DNA from: Guillardia theta CCMP2712
Taxonomy: Eukaryota > Protista > Cryptophyta
Direction of reading: 5' to 3'
Assembly: GCF_000315625.1 (NCBI RefSeq)
Contig: NW_005434644.1
Span: 440,973 to 504,972 of the forward strand
DNA: 64,000 bases
Positions 23,335 to 36,377 of the stretch are shown here, one piece after another. The notes below the pieces were generated by a model. That model was given only the letters and a program-made list of their open reading frames with translations, was not told the origin of the DNA and did not search any database. The position numbers were made by a program, and so were the translations under genes. Every line of letters begins with the position of its first letter. The stretch's first letter is position 1.

Positions 23335-25894
23335 ACTTGTACATAATAAATTCTCATCAAAGCAATTTTTCTCAATTCTCGCGATTGTCTTCTATTGTGG
23401 AATTTTCGAGCTTTGATTATCAACTATGTAAGCAACTTTGAATCTGGTGGATTGAAAGGGTTGTAGCAATGTGCCTTCGATGTTTGCACTAGGTTGCATT
23501 TTACTCTTTCAATGTCATGCCAAAGTCTATGGTGTCCTGCTCCCATGACCCATTCGGAACACTCGTTTCAAACTGAGATCAACATTCCAGAGGTTCTTGA
23601 ATGTACAAAATGCAAGTACAATTATGCAAATACAACATGAGTGCGTGCGCTGGAGAGTTATGACAGCAACAAGATGTGGAGGCAAATGAATTTTATCAAT
23701 TGATCATAGATTAAGTTGAGCTCTGTAATTTGCTCCACCTGACATGAGTTACAAATTTCATTTTGCAGATTTGATTTGACATCTATCATTTACATCGGGA
23801 AAACATCCTCCCCCTCTTCCTGCTCCTCTTCCCCCGCCTCCTGCTCCTCCTCTGCTCTTCCATCGTTCTCTCATTCTACTTCTCCTCCATACCTCTTTTA
23901 CGGTACATGGAGCCAGAATACATGTCGTCAGAGCGGTAATGCTATACATCGATACAGGTCTCTAATTGAAATACTAAGTGATCTAAAGCAGTATCTGGGA
24001 ACTTTGCCTCGCACCCTAACTGTGTTTTTGCTTGTTCTCTGGAGTATTTGTCCTTCTCATTTTCCATCTGCGATCTGAATGGATGATACACCGATGATAG
24101 TTTGACTGTGTCTGATTTTGTGGAATAAAAGCCACCCATTCGTCTCTGATCTTGTCTGCCCATCACAGCATGACTGTGTTATTGACATAATGCAGTTTGT
24201 GTAGAAAGTGAAAGAAGTCTGTATGCTTCCCCTCCTTTGACATGATCGTTCCTCATCTGATCCTCCCTGCCTCCCTCTCCATGTGATTGTCATTTCCATG
24301 CCATGGCTTCTTCTCTTCTCTCTGCATGCTCATCACTTGATCTCGCTTCCTATTCGCATCCTTGCCAAATCTCAGCAGCTCCTTCCTCTCCTTCCTCTCC
24401 TTCCTCTCCTTCCTCGCATCCCAGCATCGTCAGACTTCTCATCTTCGGCCAGGTTCACCAGCAGGTTCACCCCTTGTTGGAGCGAGCTCTTCCAATTGAA
24501 TTTTCAAACATACAACGATTCAGAAAAATGCGGACTGAATGAGGGCTTGAAGGTGGGGTGGGGTAGGGTCATGGTCGGGATGGTGGATGATCGGAACCCC
24601 GGGGTGGTAGCTACGAGAGCACTCCATGAATGGGTGGGGGTGATATCACTAAAAGGGGTAGGGGCCCTGCAGGCAAATAATATGATAGGGTAGGGTGTCC
24701 AAATACATACGACCGGTGAAGAGGCGAACAGGCATTGTGACCCTGTAGTATTACAGCAATATTGAGTAAATCAGGGGGTGGGGTCTATGATGTAGCGGCA
24801 GCTGTAGAGGGTCTTTCGATCTCGAGAGGGTTTTGGAGGTTGATTGGGGTAGGGGGTTCGTCCCGAAAGTTGAATAGAATCCCACTAGGGGTGGTAGCTT
24901 GGGCAGATAGCGGTGTAGGAAGGTGGGGTGGGTGGGAATGGGTAGACCTCTAGAGGCCGGTGCCATGATAACATTCAACCCCCTGAATCGGGACAAAAGG
25001 GGGGTAGGTGTGATACGTATAGTAGGGTCTAATCTCATAGGGATTTGGGATAATGTGGGGGTAGGGGTGGAATGAGAGGTGGTAGTGGTGGTCTGTTTGG
25101 CCGGAAAGCTGTTTGAGATGGGAGGAAGGAAACGAAGGGAGAAGAGAGGAATGGAAGAAGAATGCAAGCGAGCAGGGAAGAGAGACACAAGGATATGACG
25201 CCCCCTCATGATATTTGAAAAGGAACGTGTCAAAACAGACAAGATAGGGAATCGGCAACATCGTAAGCTGTTCAGAACTTAAGGTGAAAAATGCTTAGAC
25301 GAGGCTGAATGTGAAAGCTAGAAAGAGGAGGCGGAACCCGGGCATTAATGCTCTGTGAGAAAATAGATATAAAACAATGTGTAGAGATAGAGAGGATCAG
25401 TTCCACCATGGCGAATGTTTGGCTAACCGGCTGTTAGGCTGTCAGAGAGTTGTGAAATGCGTGTCAAGGCTATGCTACATAGTGGACGAGATAGGAGCTA
25501 GCAGAGTCGATGTAGTGGAGGTGTCATGAGCCTGAGAGGATGCGATAACTGAGGGTGAGAGTGTGATGGGAAACAAGGGGCTACATCGCGGTGATCATGC
25601 AGGGAGCTTTGCCTCGATGTGGAATGACATGGGTGTCACAGATGAGGTTTCGCAAGCCCTGTCCTTCTCCAGCAATCCGGCGCATGCCGAGACGGCAAGC
25701 TGACTAGGAATTATAGGAAGCGCATGATCTTTGGTTGATGCTCAGCAACAAGCAGCCCACAACACACATCGCGAAGGTTATGCTTACAATCAACACTCAT
25801 GAAAGTTCCATGCCTAACGGCGAGAGGCTGGCCCAAGTTTGAAAACATCGTCGTCCTTGCGTTTGCTTTTGAAGGAACTCACAGCCAGTGAGGC

Positions 25895-28800
25895 ATGGAA
25901 ACCTCTTACTCTGCTGATATCTTCTCTCCGCAACGGATCACCAGATCGTTCGAATCCATCAACCTGGACCATCCCTCGGAGCAGTATGGTGGCTCTTCAT
26001 CCAGCAGGCAGCATGTGACCCCGCACCGATCGTCATTCCGTGGACCGACATGCTTCCAACAATCTTCCAACCATCACGCCAGCCCTCCTCAGAACTCTGA
26101 TGCAGAGGGCCGTGGAGAGAACTACCAACGATTCTCCTACGTCGCCTTCGCATCCCCCTCACACCCCACTGCTCATTCCGAAGGGAGGAGCAGGAGGGAC
26201 CAACCCGGTGACGCGGACATCACTTTGCGTACATCGTCCAGCGTCGCACGACCACAACACGAGAATGATCAGGTAGTTCTGGCGTTGTTATTCAGGGTGT
26301 TGCTGTTCAAAAGCTGATGTCTGTCAAACAGCCAAGTCGACAGCACATAGCGAACCTGCACCAACCGATGCATCAGGTGGGACTCACGTGCTTGGCTCGG
26401 AGAAGTTGCTGACCGGAAGATAAAGCCTCCGAGAGTGCGAACTCGAGACGTGCTAATGCAAAACCTCGACGAGTCTTTCAAGGTGAGATCTCAGTTGGCG
26501 AGCGTTCGAATGTGTCAAGATGGCAGCCAGGGTGCATTGCTGTTAGTCTTGGTCCTTGTCCTTGTCCTTGTCCTTGTCCTTGTCCTTGTCCTTGTCCTTG
26601 TCCTTGTCCTTGTCCTTGTCCTTGTCCTTGTCCTCTCTGTCCATTTGCTGTCCTGCCGTGTCTTCTTTGTTTGTGACAATCAGCCTTCCAGAACGTTGGC
26701 AACATCGCACAAGGGCTGGTCGACTTCTTGTCGGTGGGGTTGCTCTCGCCTCCCGAGAAGATCGAGAGGTGCATTCTTGCCCTCGGCCTTGTGCTCTACG
26801 GGCAGGGTCACCCTGTGCTGCAGGAGACATGCACACGGATCTATCCGGCAGGAGGTCGTTGACTCTCCCTCCTCCCCCTGCGTCGTTCCGAACTTTGACG
26901 AACTGATACAAGAAGACGCCCCTCAAGGTCCTGTCATTCCCTCTCCTGCTGTGCAAGCTGCTCTTACCATGTCTCAGGGTACAACCCACAACGGAACTCA
27001 AATCCAGAGTGATACCCTGCCGTTGTACTTGTCTCTTGCCTAAGTTTCTTCTCTCCAGTCGATCTCCTCAATCTCCGCCCTTGTCCAACTCCCTATGGCT
27101 CACAGCCCCAATCTCGCGCGGAAGGTATCCATGGCGCTTCTTTCCCTCCGCCTGCTGCGCTTGTCCGACCTCTTCATCCTGCCTCTTCCTCCTCACCTCT
27201 CCCAGCCACTCGTGTACGGCTCCTCAAGCATTTTTCAGGATTTTGGAGCCCAAAGTCGATCTCGTGCTGCGAACGAGCCCGACGAATCAGCGCCTGCAGC
27301 ATCAGCACAGCTTCAGGGAGAGGCTGCAAGTCACCTCCACCCTCAAGGACAAGGTCTACCACCTGAGGAAGGTAAGCCGGTTCTCTCCTTTCCTCCTGCA
27401 TGCTCTTGACTGCCCCTCCCGCTCCTCCAGTCCCTTTCGAACAGCGCTCAGTACGCAGTGGATCAGTGCGAGACAGATTTCGAAGACATGGTCGTCAAGG
27501 TAGAGGTGCCGTCAAGCTTCCCTCCTGGGTTCACATCCGCCTTCGCCAGGTCCGGAGAGGAGCTCACATCGTCGACGACACGTTGGAGGCCATGGGCAAC
27601 TGGAATGTTGCTCGCTGGAGACAGGCATGAAGCGTATGCTCGCTCGGCTCTCGTGATGCTTGTGATCAGGGAGTGATTGTTCACTTCGAGGGGGAGGTGG
27701 GGATAGACTGCGGCGCGCTTACAAGGTTTACTACGTGTTGTTCACCTCGTTCTTTGAGATGTGCAATCCCCTTGGAAACTTTTTTGTTGTCTCTCCTCCT
27801 TCCTCCTTTCTCCCGGCTCCTCGCTCCTATCATCTTGTATCTCTTCATTTCCCCATCTCTTTCTTTCCCAATCTGACTTTCCTCATCTCTCGTCCCTCAG
27901 GGAATGGGCGAAGCTTCTCTGCCAACAGCTGCTCCGTCCTGGTCGCGGTCTCTTCCGCAGGACCACCAAGGTCAGACGCGATGCTTCTCGGCCTGCCGCT
28001 CAACTTGCGCAGGGAAACCGCGTGATGCTGCTGGCGGATGAAGAGTCTGAGTTGGCGCATGGAGAGAGGTGAAGGACAGGAAGATCAGGAGGGGGCTGAC
28101 ATAGAGGGCAGCATGGAGGGGATGTACGAGTTTGTCGGAAGGTTCATTGGTAAGCTCCAAGTGTCTCGCAGTGGGTCCAGGTTGACTCCAACTCAGGCTA
28201 CTCGTTGTGGCGGGGCATCCGTATCGACGCTGTCTTTATCCCCCTAATGTTCCGCATGATGAAGGACTCCGAATGTCAGTTGCGAACTGTTTCTTGTGCC
28301 CGCTCCTGCTCCCTCCTCCTCCTCCTCCTCCTCCTCCTCCTCCTCCTCCTCCTCCTCCTCCTCCGTTCTTTCTTGCCCTGGTTCCTCCTTGTTTGCCTTC
28401 ATGCTGTAATGAAGACATGGCAGCTCGAGCAACCTTTGAGGATCTGAAAGATGTCGACTTCAACTTGTATTCCAACCTGCAGGTAAGAGAGGATTTCGTG
28501 CTGTGAGAATGATGCTGATGATGCTGATGCTGATGCTGCTGATGATGATGATGACTGTACTGCTGTGCATGTTATGATCTACGATGAGAGCCTGTGATCG
28601 AGAGGAAAGTGCTGGAAGTGAAAAAAAAATGACCAGACGATGCTGAATTGCGAGCCTTCACTGGTGGAAGAAACCTTCTGTCAGGTACCCCTCTCCTCCC
28701 CCTCTCGCTCTCCCCCACAGTACTCTTGCCCTCCCCATCACCACGTCCCGCTAAGTTTCTACCTCTTCCCTCCCCCCGGTGATCTTGCCTCCCAGTCCTT

Positions 28801-29805
28801 CTGCATCGACACCGAGTTCTTAGGCATGAGGAAGACCTACGATCTCTGCCCAGGTCCTCTGCCACCTCTTGCGAGTCTCTTCTCCCTCACTTGTCCGCAG
28901 ACGGTGCGAGCATCCCCGTGACGGGAGACAACGTCTTGTCCTTCCTCGACCTCTACGTGCAGCACGTGCGGACTGATTCACATTCCTCTTGCCCCTGCTC
29001 CTCCGCCGCGTCCTCTGCCTCCCCACTTTCCCTCTCCTCCTCCCCATCTAACACCCCAGCTGTACTGCAGGTTCTGTACATCTTCTCGCGAAGAGCGATA
29101 GACTCCTTCCTCGTCGGCTTTCACTCGCTCATACCCGAGAAGAAGCTCCAGGACTTCAGCCCGCAGGAGTTGGAGGCCGTCTTGTGCGGACAGCCGACGA
29201 TCAGGTGGGAACGAGGGAGTAGAGGAGGGAGGAGGGAGGATGACGCTCTTGCAAAGCGACGAGGACGTGGAAGAGCTGAGGGTCGCAAGCCACTGCAGCC
29301 TCGACGAGAACGGGGCTCCTCACAAGCAGGTCCTCTGGTTCTGGAGTATCCTCGCTCGCTTCTCCCAGGTTCTTTCCCTCCCTGCTACCTGACCCCACCC
29401 TCTCACTCCCTGCCACCTTATCCCCTCCTCTCCCTCCCTGCTGTGCCCTCCTCGCCCTCATGCTGCTGCAGGAGGAGCGCAGCCTTGTCCTTCAGTTCGT
29501 CACAGGAAACGAGAGGCCTCCCCTCACGGGCTTCCAGGCCCTTGAGCATCCCTTCACCGTCCAGGTTCGCACGTCTCATCAGTCTCCTCCTCTTACCTTC
29601 TTCCCAGCTCGGCAGCCACATGAAGCCAACGGACCTCCCGGAGGCTCATGTCTGCTTCAACCAGCTCGTGCTTCCTCCTGCTGGATCCGAAGAGGTGAGG
29701 ATATCTGAGCGACGCTGCTCCTTCACTCACCTGGTTCTTCAGATTTTGCGAGAGAAGCTAAGAATCGCCGTACGCGAGGGGCGCGAGGGCTTTGAGTTGT
29801 ACTAG
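25895..29805 (+). CDS. HECT-domain E3 ubiquitin ligase, multi-exon
   Basis: VHFEGEVGIDCGALTREW, DLKDVDFNLYSNL, FSPQELEAVLCGQ, VLQFVTG and catalytic LPEAHVCFNQLVLP; 5' exons less certain. Confidence 0.88.
26547..26632. repeat. (GTCCTT)n intronic microsatellite
   Basis: Directly visible. Confidence 0.95.
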
Positions 29806-30308
29806 TACTGAAAGGTTGAGAATGTTTACATGTCACAAGTCGAACAGTCGCTGCTTTCTATCTCAGTCGTACGCCGCGAACCCGTCTATCAAGCCTCAGG
29901 CTGGCACCCCGGTGACCAGGGGGGCTGCCGCCGTGCTGCAAGTTGGAACTCCCAGTGGGGCACTCGGGGCGGCAGCGACCCGTGACCGTTGTATACTTTT
30001 CTGGAGCATATTAGTACTCTGGCATCATGACTCAGCGGCGTAGCGGCATCATCAAGAACGGGAATTTCAACTTTTAGCCTTCAAGAGGGCCGTTTCACGC
30101 GGAGGCTCTAAAGGGCTCAGTTGGTAGACCATTAAGTCCCGGCCACCGTCCTTTCAGCAACTTGCGGCCCCGGCGCCCCCCGGTCGGCGTGGGCCGCGCA
30201 CTGGCCGGCCGCGCGGGGCGGCCTTATTGCCCGGGCCTTAGTGGAGATGAGGGTATCAGGCGCAAACCAAATATAACCGACATGTAACGGAAGACTTATA
30301 AGCAAGGA

Positions 30309-31118
30309 ATGGCGAGAAAGATGCTGGTGGCGACGAGCGCCATGGCGATGGTGACGGGCGTTACCTGCTGGACTCTTCCTCCAGCTGCAACGGGGATGAG
30401 ACTTGCAACTGCCTCTTCTTCTGCTTCTAGATCGTACGCTGCTGCGTCACCCGAGCTGAGGACAGGAGGATTAACGTCGCTCCCTCTCCAGACGAGGAAG
30501 GGAGTCGCTTTGCGGCTGTCCGTTGGTGGGCCGCCCATGGACAAGGAGCCTCTCGACCTGACGGAAGACAACGTGCAGCAGGCGCTGGAAGAATCGAAGG
30601 AGGTGCGTCCTGCCATTCTTAGGGGCGAGGTGGTGGAGAGGGTGTGTGGTTTGTAGTGAAATGACCCTCCCCTCCTGCACGAGGCTCTTGAGGTTGCGGG
30701 GAGGCGGGAGAGAGGAGAGAGGAGAGAGGACGGCGATCCTTTTTGCCTTGTTCTCCTTGACTCGTTCCCGCAGATCCTGGGAACCATGTTTGGCAACTCG
30801 CAGGAGAACAGGGAGATCGGGATCACCGGGGACGTACAGCTAGTCAACCTAGACGGCCCCTTTGCAAGCGTGAGGCTTGTCGGAAGATTCTGGCACAAAC
30901 GATCAGGCAAGCAGGAGACATCAAACGAGGGGGGGGGAGGCAGCTGGGAGGGGAGGACGGGAGAAGGGAGGGAGGTGAGGGAGGGACTTTGCTGAGTAAT
31001 TTGATCTTTGTAGACGTTCTTGCCCGGGTGGAGAACTACGTCAAGACGAGAGTCCCTGAGATCGTTGAGGTCAGCATTGAGGATCCTATGCAACTCGACG
31101 GTAATATCTAGTCCCTCT

Positions 31119-31149
<31 letters not shown>

Positions 31150-31273
31150 CTCCTGCCGCTCCCTCCTGCCGCTCCCTCCTGCTGCTCCTTCTCTCGTCGC
31201 CTCCAAACCTTCTTCGGCTCACCTTGGACTGACTCTCGTGCTAGACAATCTTCCCGAGAACCAGAAGATGTGA
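30309..31273 (+). CDS. Plastid-targeted NifU-C/NFU-like protein lacking CxxC, 4 exons
   Basis: Bipartite presequence. LTEDNVQQALEE / GDVQLVNLDGPFASVRLVGRFWHKRS / DVLARVENYVKTRVPEIVEV follows the NifU C-terminal pattern. Confidence 0.8.
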
Positions 31274-31829
31274 AGCAGCGAGCAGTAGACAGAGATGTTC
31301 AGAGACAAGAAGAGTCATCGGGAGTTGGAAGAGAGTTTGAGAGATCAGTGAGTTTGAAAATAATGAAGTTGAGCAACAACCTGTTCCTCGTCCTCGTCCT
31401 CGTTCTCGTCCTCGTTCTCGTCCTCCTCGTCCTCGTCCTCGTCCTCCTCGTCTTCCTCGTCCTCGTCCTCCTGCCCCTTACATGAAACGAGAGGAGAAAG
31501 TTTGTCTACTATCCCCGTGCTCCTCAAATGCCCTATCGCGAATCATAAATCCGTCCTAATCCGTCCTAATCCGTCCCCTCATCACTCTCCCCCTCCCTCC
31601 GTTACCTTCCACCCCCCCCCCCCTTCCCTCCTCCCGCGCTCCTCCCCCTGCGCTCCTCGCCCCTTTAGCTGCCCTACTGGCTGCCTCCTTTCCCTCCCCA
31701 GCCTCTGCACTCTTGCTCGCTCTCCCTTACCTCACCTTCTTCCTGCCCTGCTCTAAGACTTTTTGCTTCCTCCCATGCCCCTGCCCCTGCCACGATCCTC
31801 TCCGCATCGCGGCATGTTGCGGCGATGAG

Positions 31830-34509
31830 ATGCTGCAGGGAAGGTGGAAGTTTCATGCTCCTCTGCTGTCCTCTTCCTCCTCTCTCCTCCTCTCCCTCCT
31901 CTCCCTCCTCCTCCTCCCCATCGCTCTCCTCTCCGACCCACCTGACCTCGATGCGCTCTCCTTCGACCCTCCAGTGGGGTCCATCATCCGGAGCGAGTCA
32001 GTCGAGGTGCTAGTGAAGGCACAAGAGGTTTACAAGGGGCGCGAGGACGGGCAGGGATGGCGCTGGACGCTGACGATCAACGACATGCACTCCCGCGGGC
32101 TGGGCATGAGCGCGGAGCAGGCGAGCATGTCCCTCAGCCTGCGTCATGTGGGGGAGGGAGAGCTGAAACTCACCTTCACGCTCACAGTGGAGGAGGATGT
32201 TCACGTCTCGAGGTCCGCTTTCTACATCATCAAGAAGAGATCCCAGGAGGAGGAGGAGGAGGGGGAGGGGGAGGCAGAAGGGGAGGAGGGAAGGGACGCG
32301 GACAGCACGTGTGGTCCCAGTAGCGAGCAGGAGAGGCGCGAGAAGCTGCTAGAGTGGGCGCGGGAGCACGGGATCGGGTTCGAGAAGATCTCTCTGCAGG
32401 AGGATGAGTTCGGGGGCACCGCCATGTTCGCGTCGGAGGACCTGGAGGAGGACGAGGTCATTGGTGTCGTGCCCTTCAGCATCAGCATCGGGCGCGAGTC
32501 GCTGTGGAGGAGCCGCCATGGCGAGCTGCTGGGGCAGCTCTACGAGGACGAGCGGACGCCCCCGGATCTCATCAGCTGCATCTTCCTCCTGCTGGAGAGG
32601 AGATCCTCCTCCTCCTTCTTCCGCCCCTACCTCGATATGCTTCCTACCCCCTCCGGCGTCAGCAACGTCTTTCACTGGGATGCGCATGCCCTGTCTGCCT
32701 TCTCCCCCCATGAAGAAGCGAGATCGCTCGCCGCTGCCCACCTCAGCTTGTTCGAGCGGTTGTTCTCAGTTCTCCTCCTCCTCCTCCTCCTCCTCCCAAT
32801 CTTCCTTCCCTCTCCTCCTCCTCCTCCTCCTTCTCACCGTCTTCCTCCTCCCCAACTTCTTTCTCCTCCTTCCTCTCCTCTGACACCTTCTACTGTCAGC
32901 ACGTACCAGCGCTACTTCACTGTAGTGAACAAGAACGAGGAGTTTCAACGTCAGTTCGGCAAGCACCAAGAAATTTTCAGTAGAGATCAGGTAAGCGCAT
33001 TCTCGTCCCCTGCCCTCCCATCCTCGTGGTAGTCTTACTCCTGCTCCATGCTGGTGCTGCTGGTGCTGCTGGTGCTGCTGGTGCTGCTGGTGCTGCTGGT
33101 GCTGCTGGTGCTGCTGGTGCTGCTGGTGCTGCTGGTGCTTCTATCTCCTTCTCAATTCTGAGTGCAGGTTCTCTGGGCTTACAGTCTGCTCATCTCAAGG
33201 GCATGGGAACATCCGGACTACAACTACCGGACCAGCTTCCATCGCATGCTCCCGATCGCAGACATCGCCAACCACAAGTCTCGTTCACCCCTCTGCTCCC
33301 GAGCTCCTCCTCCTCCCTCCTCTCCTCTCCTACATTCCCCCTCCCTCTTCTTCTCTGCCCTCCTCCTCCTCCCTCTTTTGTACCCTACATTCTCCCTCCC
33401 TCCCTCCCTTTCTCCTCCTCTTGCTTCAACCTCCGGTTGATCGCATCTTGCTCGTCCTCACCATCCACACAGAATGTCACCCACGGGGTCGGGCTGGATG
33501 TCTGTTGAGTTCAGGAACCAGCAGGGTGCTGTCTTCCTCGTCACCAGGGGAGGAGCGATCCGCAGAGGGCAGGAGATCGTGACCAGGTCACCGCTGGCTT
33601 CTTCCTCCTGTGTGCTGACATCTTCCAGCTACTCCAACGCAGGCAACGCGCTGCTCCTCGTGCAGTACGGCTTCAGCTTGTGGCCCAACAAGTACCACTG
33701 CCTGCGGCTGCAGGAGGAAGGAGGAGAAGCTGGAGGAGCAGGAGCAGGAGCAGGAGCAGGAGGAGCAGGAGCAGGAGCAGGAGCAGGAAATTTCATAGCC
33801 CTTATGGCTGCAAGCCCACTGGGCCTCTGCTTCGACCCAGAGTAATCGATCTCTTGCTGGAGGAGGGCGAGGGCAAGTCTGTGACGCAGCAGCAGGCAAG
33901 AGCGCATCGTCTTCAGGCGCCTCAACAACAAGGGGCAGCCGCAGGAGGAGGCAGAGCTTGACCTGACTGCCTTCGACTTCGACAGGATGAGCACTATCAA
34001 AACGCTGTATCATCATCTCCGACGGTGACCTGCTGCTACTGATCCTTCTCCCTCTCCCCTGCCTCCTCTTCTTCCCCCTCTTCTCTGCTCTGGCTCCCTG
34101 CTCCCTTCCTGTCCCCTCCCTCCTTCTTACCCTCTTTCTCCTTCTCCAGAGTCTTGGAAAAGCGCTCGAGCGATTTGGAAGCATATGACTGGCAGCCGCA
34201 AGGAGGGGAAAAGGCTGCGAGGTCGGAGAGGTTGGAGGGGAGGTGAGGAGGTGTAGAAAACGGGGGGAGGAGGAAGCAGTAGGATTCAGCAAGGTGGAAC
34301 GAAAGGAGCGAGAGGAAAGGGGGGGGAGTAGGAGGAGGAGCAGGAGGAGGAGGAGGAGCAGGTGGTGGTGGTGGTGAAGATGATGGTTTATAATGACATG
34401 AAGCAGGTTGATAGACGAAGCTCGAGAGCTGATGAGCCAGGAGATTTCAATCCTGGAGGTCGCACTCACTCAGCTGGAGGGCAGCTGGAGGAAGCTTCTC
34501 GTCCACTGA
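31830..34509 (+). CDS. SET-domain methyltransferase (Rubisco LSMT/SETD3-like) with signal peptide
   Basis: LLEWAREHGI, FASEDLEEDEVIGVVP, FFRPYLDMLP, WAYSLLISRA, LPIADIANH, GQEI..SY..NALLLVQYGF. Confidence 0.85.
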
Positions 34510-34540
34510 CGCCCGCGGGCCGGCCAGCTGGCGATGGTTC

Positions 34541-35480
34541 TCAGTAAAGCACTTGACAATCCGGGAAGATCTGCTTGAAGCTGCTCGCCTGAGCCCTCGG
34601 GTCCTGCGGCAGCGTCAGGGAGGGGAGAGGCAAGAGGGCGGAGAGGAGGCGCCTGGAGCTCATTGCCGCGGATGTCCAGGACGGCGAGGTCGAGGAAAGA
34701 GCAGAGGCAGGCAGGCAGCCTCTTGAAGCGGTTGAAACTCAGGTCCAGGATACGCAGCCTGTAGAGGTCGAAGAACTCCTGCGCTGCTCCGTCACCCTCC
34801 CCGTCCCTCGCACGTCACCTCCAGCTCCAGCTGGATCTACCTCAGGCAGCCCGTCATGGTCAAGATCGTTCTGGCTGAGGTCGCAGACTTCAACCTGAGG
34901 GAGAGGTTACGAGGGGCAGGGGCAGGGGCAGGGAGAGGGGCAGGGGCAAGATCAGGGGCAGGAGCAGGTTGAAGCCACGCACCTTATTCAGCCTCCCAAT
35001 CTCCGCCGGGAGCTTCTTCAGCCCCTGTCTACTCAGGTCCAGCTGGTACACGTGGCTCCTTCGACCTGTCACGCCACAGCTTCAGTACTCCTCCTCCTCC
35101 TCCTCCTCCTCCTCCTCCTCCTCCTCCTCCTCCTCCTCCTCCTCCTCCTCCTCCTCCTCCTCCTCCTCCTCCTAGCAGCAGCATGCATCACCTAGTGCCT
35201 CCTTGAGGTCCTTCCACACCACCTCCCTTCGCTCCTTCTCGTCCAACCCCCCGACCCCACACAGCAGGTCTCCTGCTGCTCCTGCCTCCTCCTCGCTCGG
35301 CGCCTCGTGGCAGTGGAGGATTCTTCTCATCTCCTGGATCAACAGACCCTCCCCTGCTGGGTCTGAGCGCTCTCGATCCGAGACATTCGCTGTCGACAAG
35401 ACGCGTTCCTCCTCGTCCTCCTCCCGCTCCTCCTCTCCCGCTGTTTGTATTGCTGACTGCTTCACTTGCACCATTTCCAA
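34541..35480 (-). CDS. Leucine-rich repeat protein, multi-exon, 5' end uncertain
   Basis: QLDLSRQGLKKLPAEIGRL, CDLSQNDL, LRILDLSFNRFKRLPACL, LAVLDIRGNEL. Confidence 0.7.
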
Positions 35481-35807
35481 CCCCCCCTGCTCCCTGCTCC
35501 CTGCTCCCTGCTCCCTGCTCCCTGCTCCCTGCTCCCTGCTCCCTGCTCCCTGCTCCCTGCTCCCTGCCCTTGCCCCTCCTTGCCCCTCCCGCCTTCAAGG
35601 TCGGGTTGAGATGAAAAAGGACGGGGACAACATGGGAATGGGGAGGGGGGAGGAGTGAGGGATGGAGTGCGGGGGGGGCGGGGGGGGCGGGGGAAGGGGA
35701 GCGAGGAGATAGGCGTTTACAATGGTGGAAGGGAAGGAGAGGAGGAGCGGATGAGGAGGATGCGGAGGTTGTGAACACTATGATCGGGGTATTCGAGACG
35801 ATGATAT

Positions 35808-35955
35808 GTATGAGGAGCAGGGAGGAGCAGGGAGGAGCAGGGAGGAGCAGGGAGGAGCAGGCAGGAGCAGGGAGGAGCAGGCAGGAGCAGGCAGGAGCAG
35901 GCAGGAGCAGGGAGGAGCAGGGAGGGGCAGGCAGGAGCAGGGAGGAGCAGGGAGG
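35808..35955. repeat. 10-mer tandem repeat (GGAGCAGGGA/GGAGCAGGCA)n
   Basis: Directly visible. Confidence 0.9.
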
Positions 35956-36377
35956 AGGAAGACTGCAGAGGATTTCTCTATGTCTGTGGTGATGCTGCGG
36001 ATGACATGTTGTCTTCAACATGAGGATGGGGAGGAATTTGCGGGAATATGGGTAGAAGATGCATAGTGAGAATGAATGGCAGTGACGATGCTAGTGCTGA
36101 AAGTTCAGAAGATAGTGAAGAAAAAGCTGCTGCTGATCTGATGATAAAGACGATGGTGACATCACGATGAGGAGGAGGGAGAGGAGAGGAGGAGTATGAG
36201 AGGATTAAGCTTGGAGTTGCTTCAATCAAGGTGCTTCAAGGAGAGGTGATGGAGTTATACACGTACGATCTAGATGTATTTCAGGTTACTTCCCTCACAT
36301 TACCTTCCACAAACCAACAACTACAAATACAAGTACACCCCTCATCCTCCTCCTCCTCCTCTTCCTCCAGCACTTCC

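Noticed and set aside
23600-25300. Possible minus-strand gene
   Set aside because: Only low-complexity short ORFs
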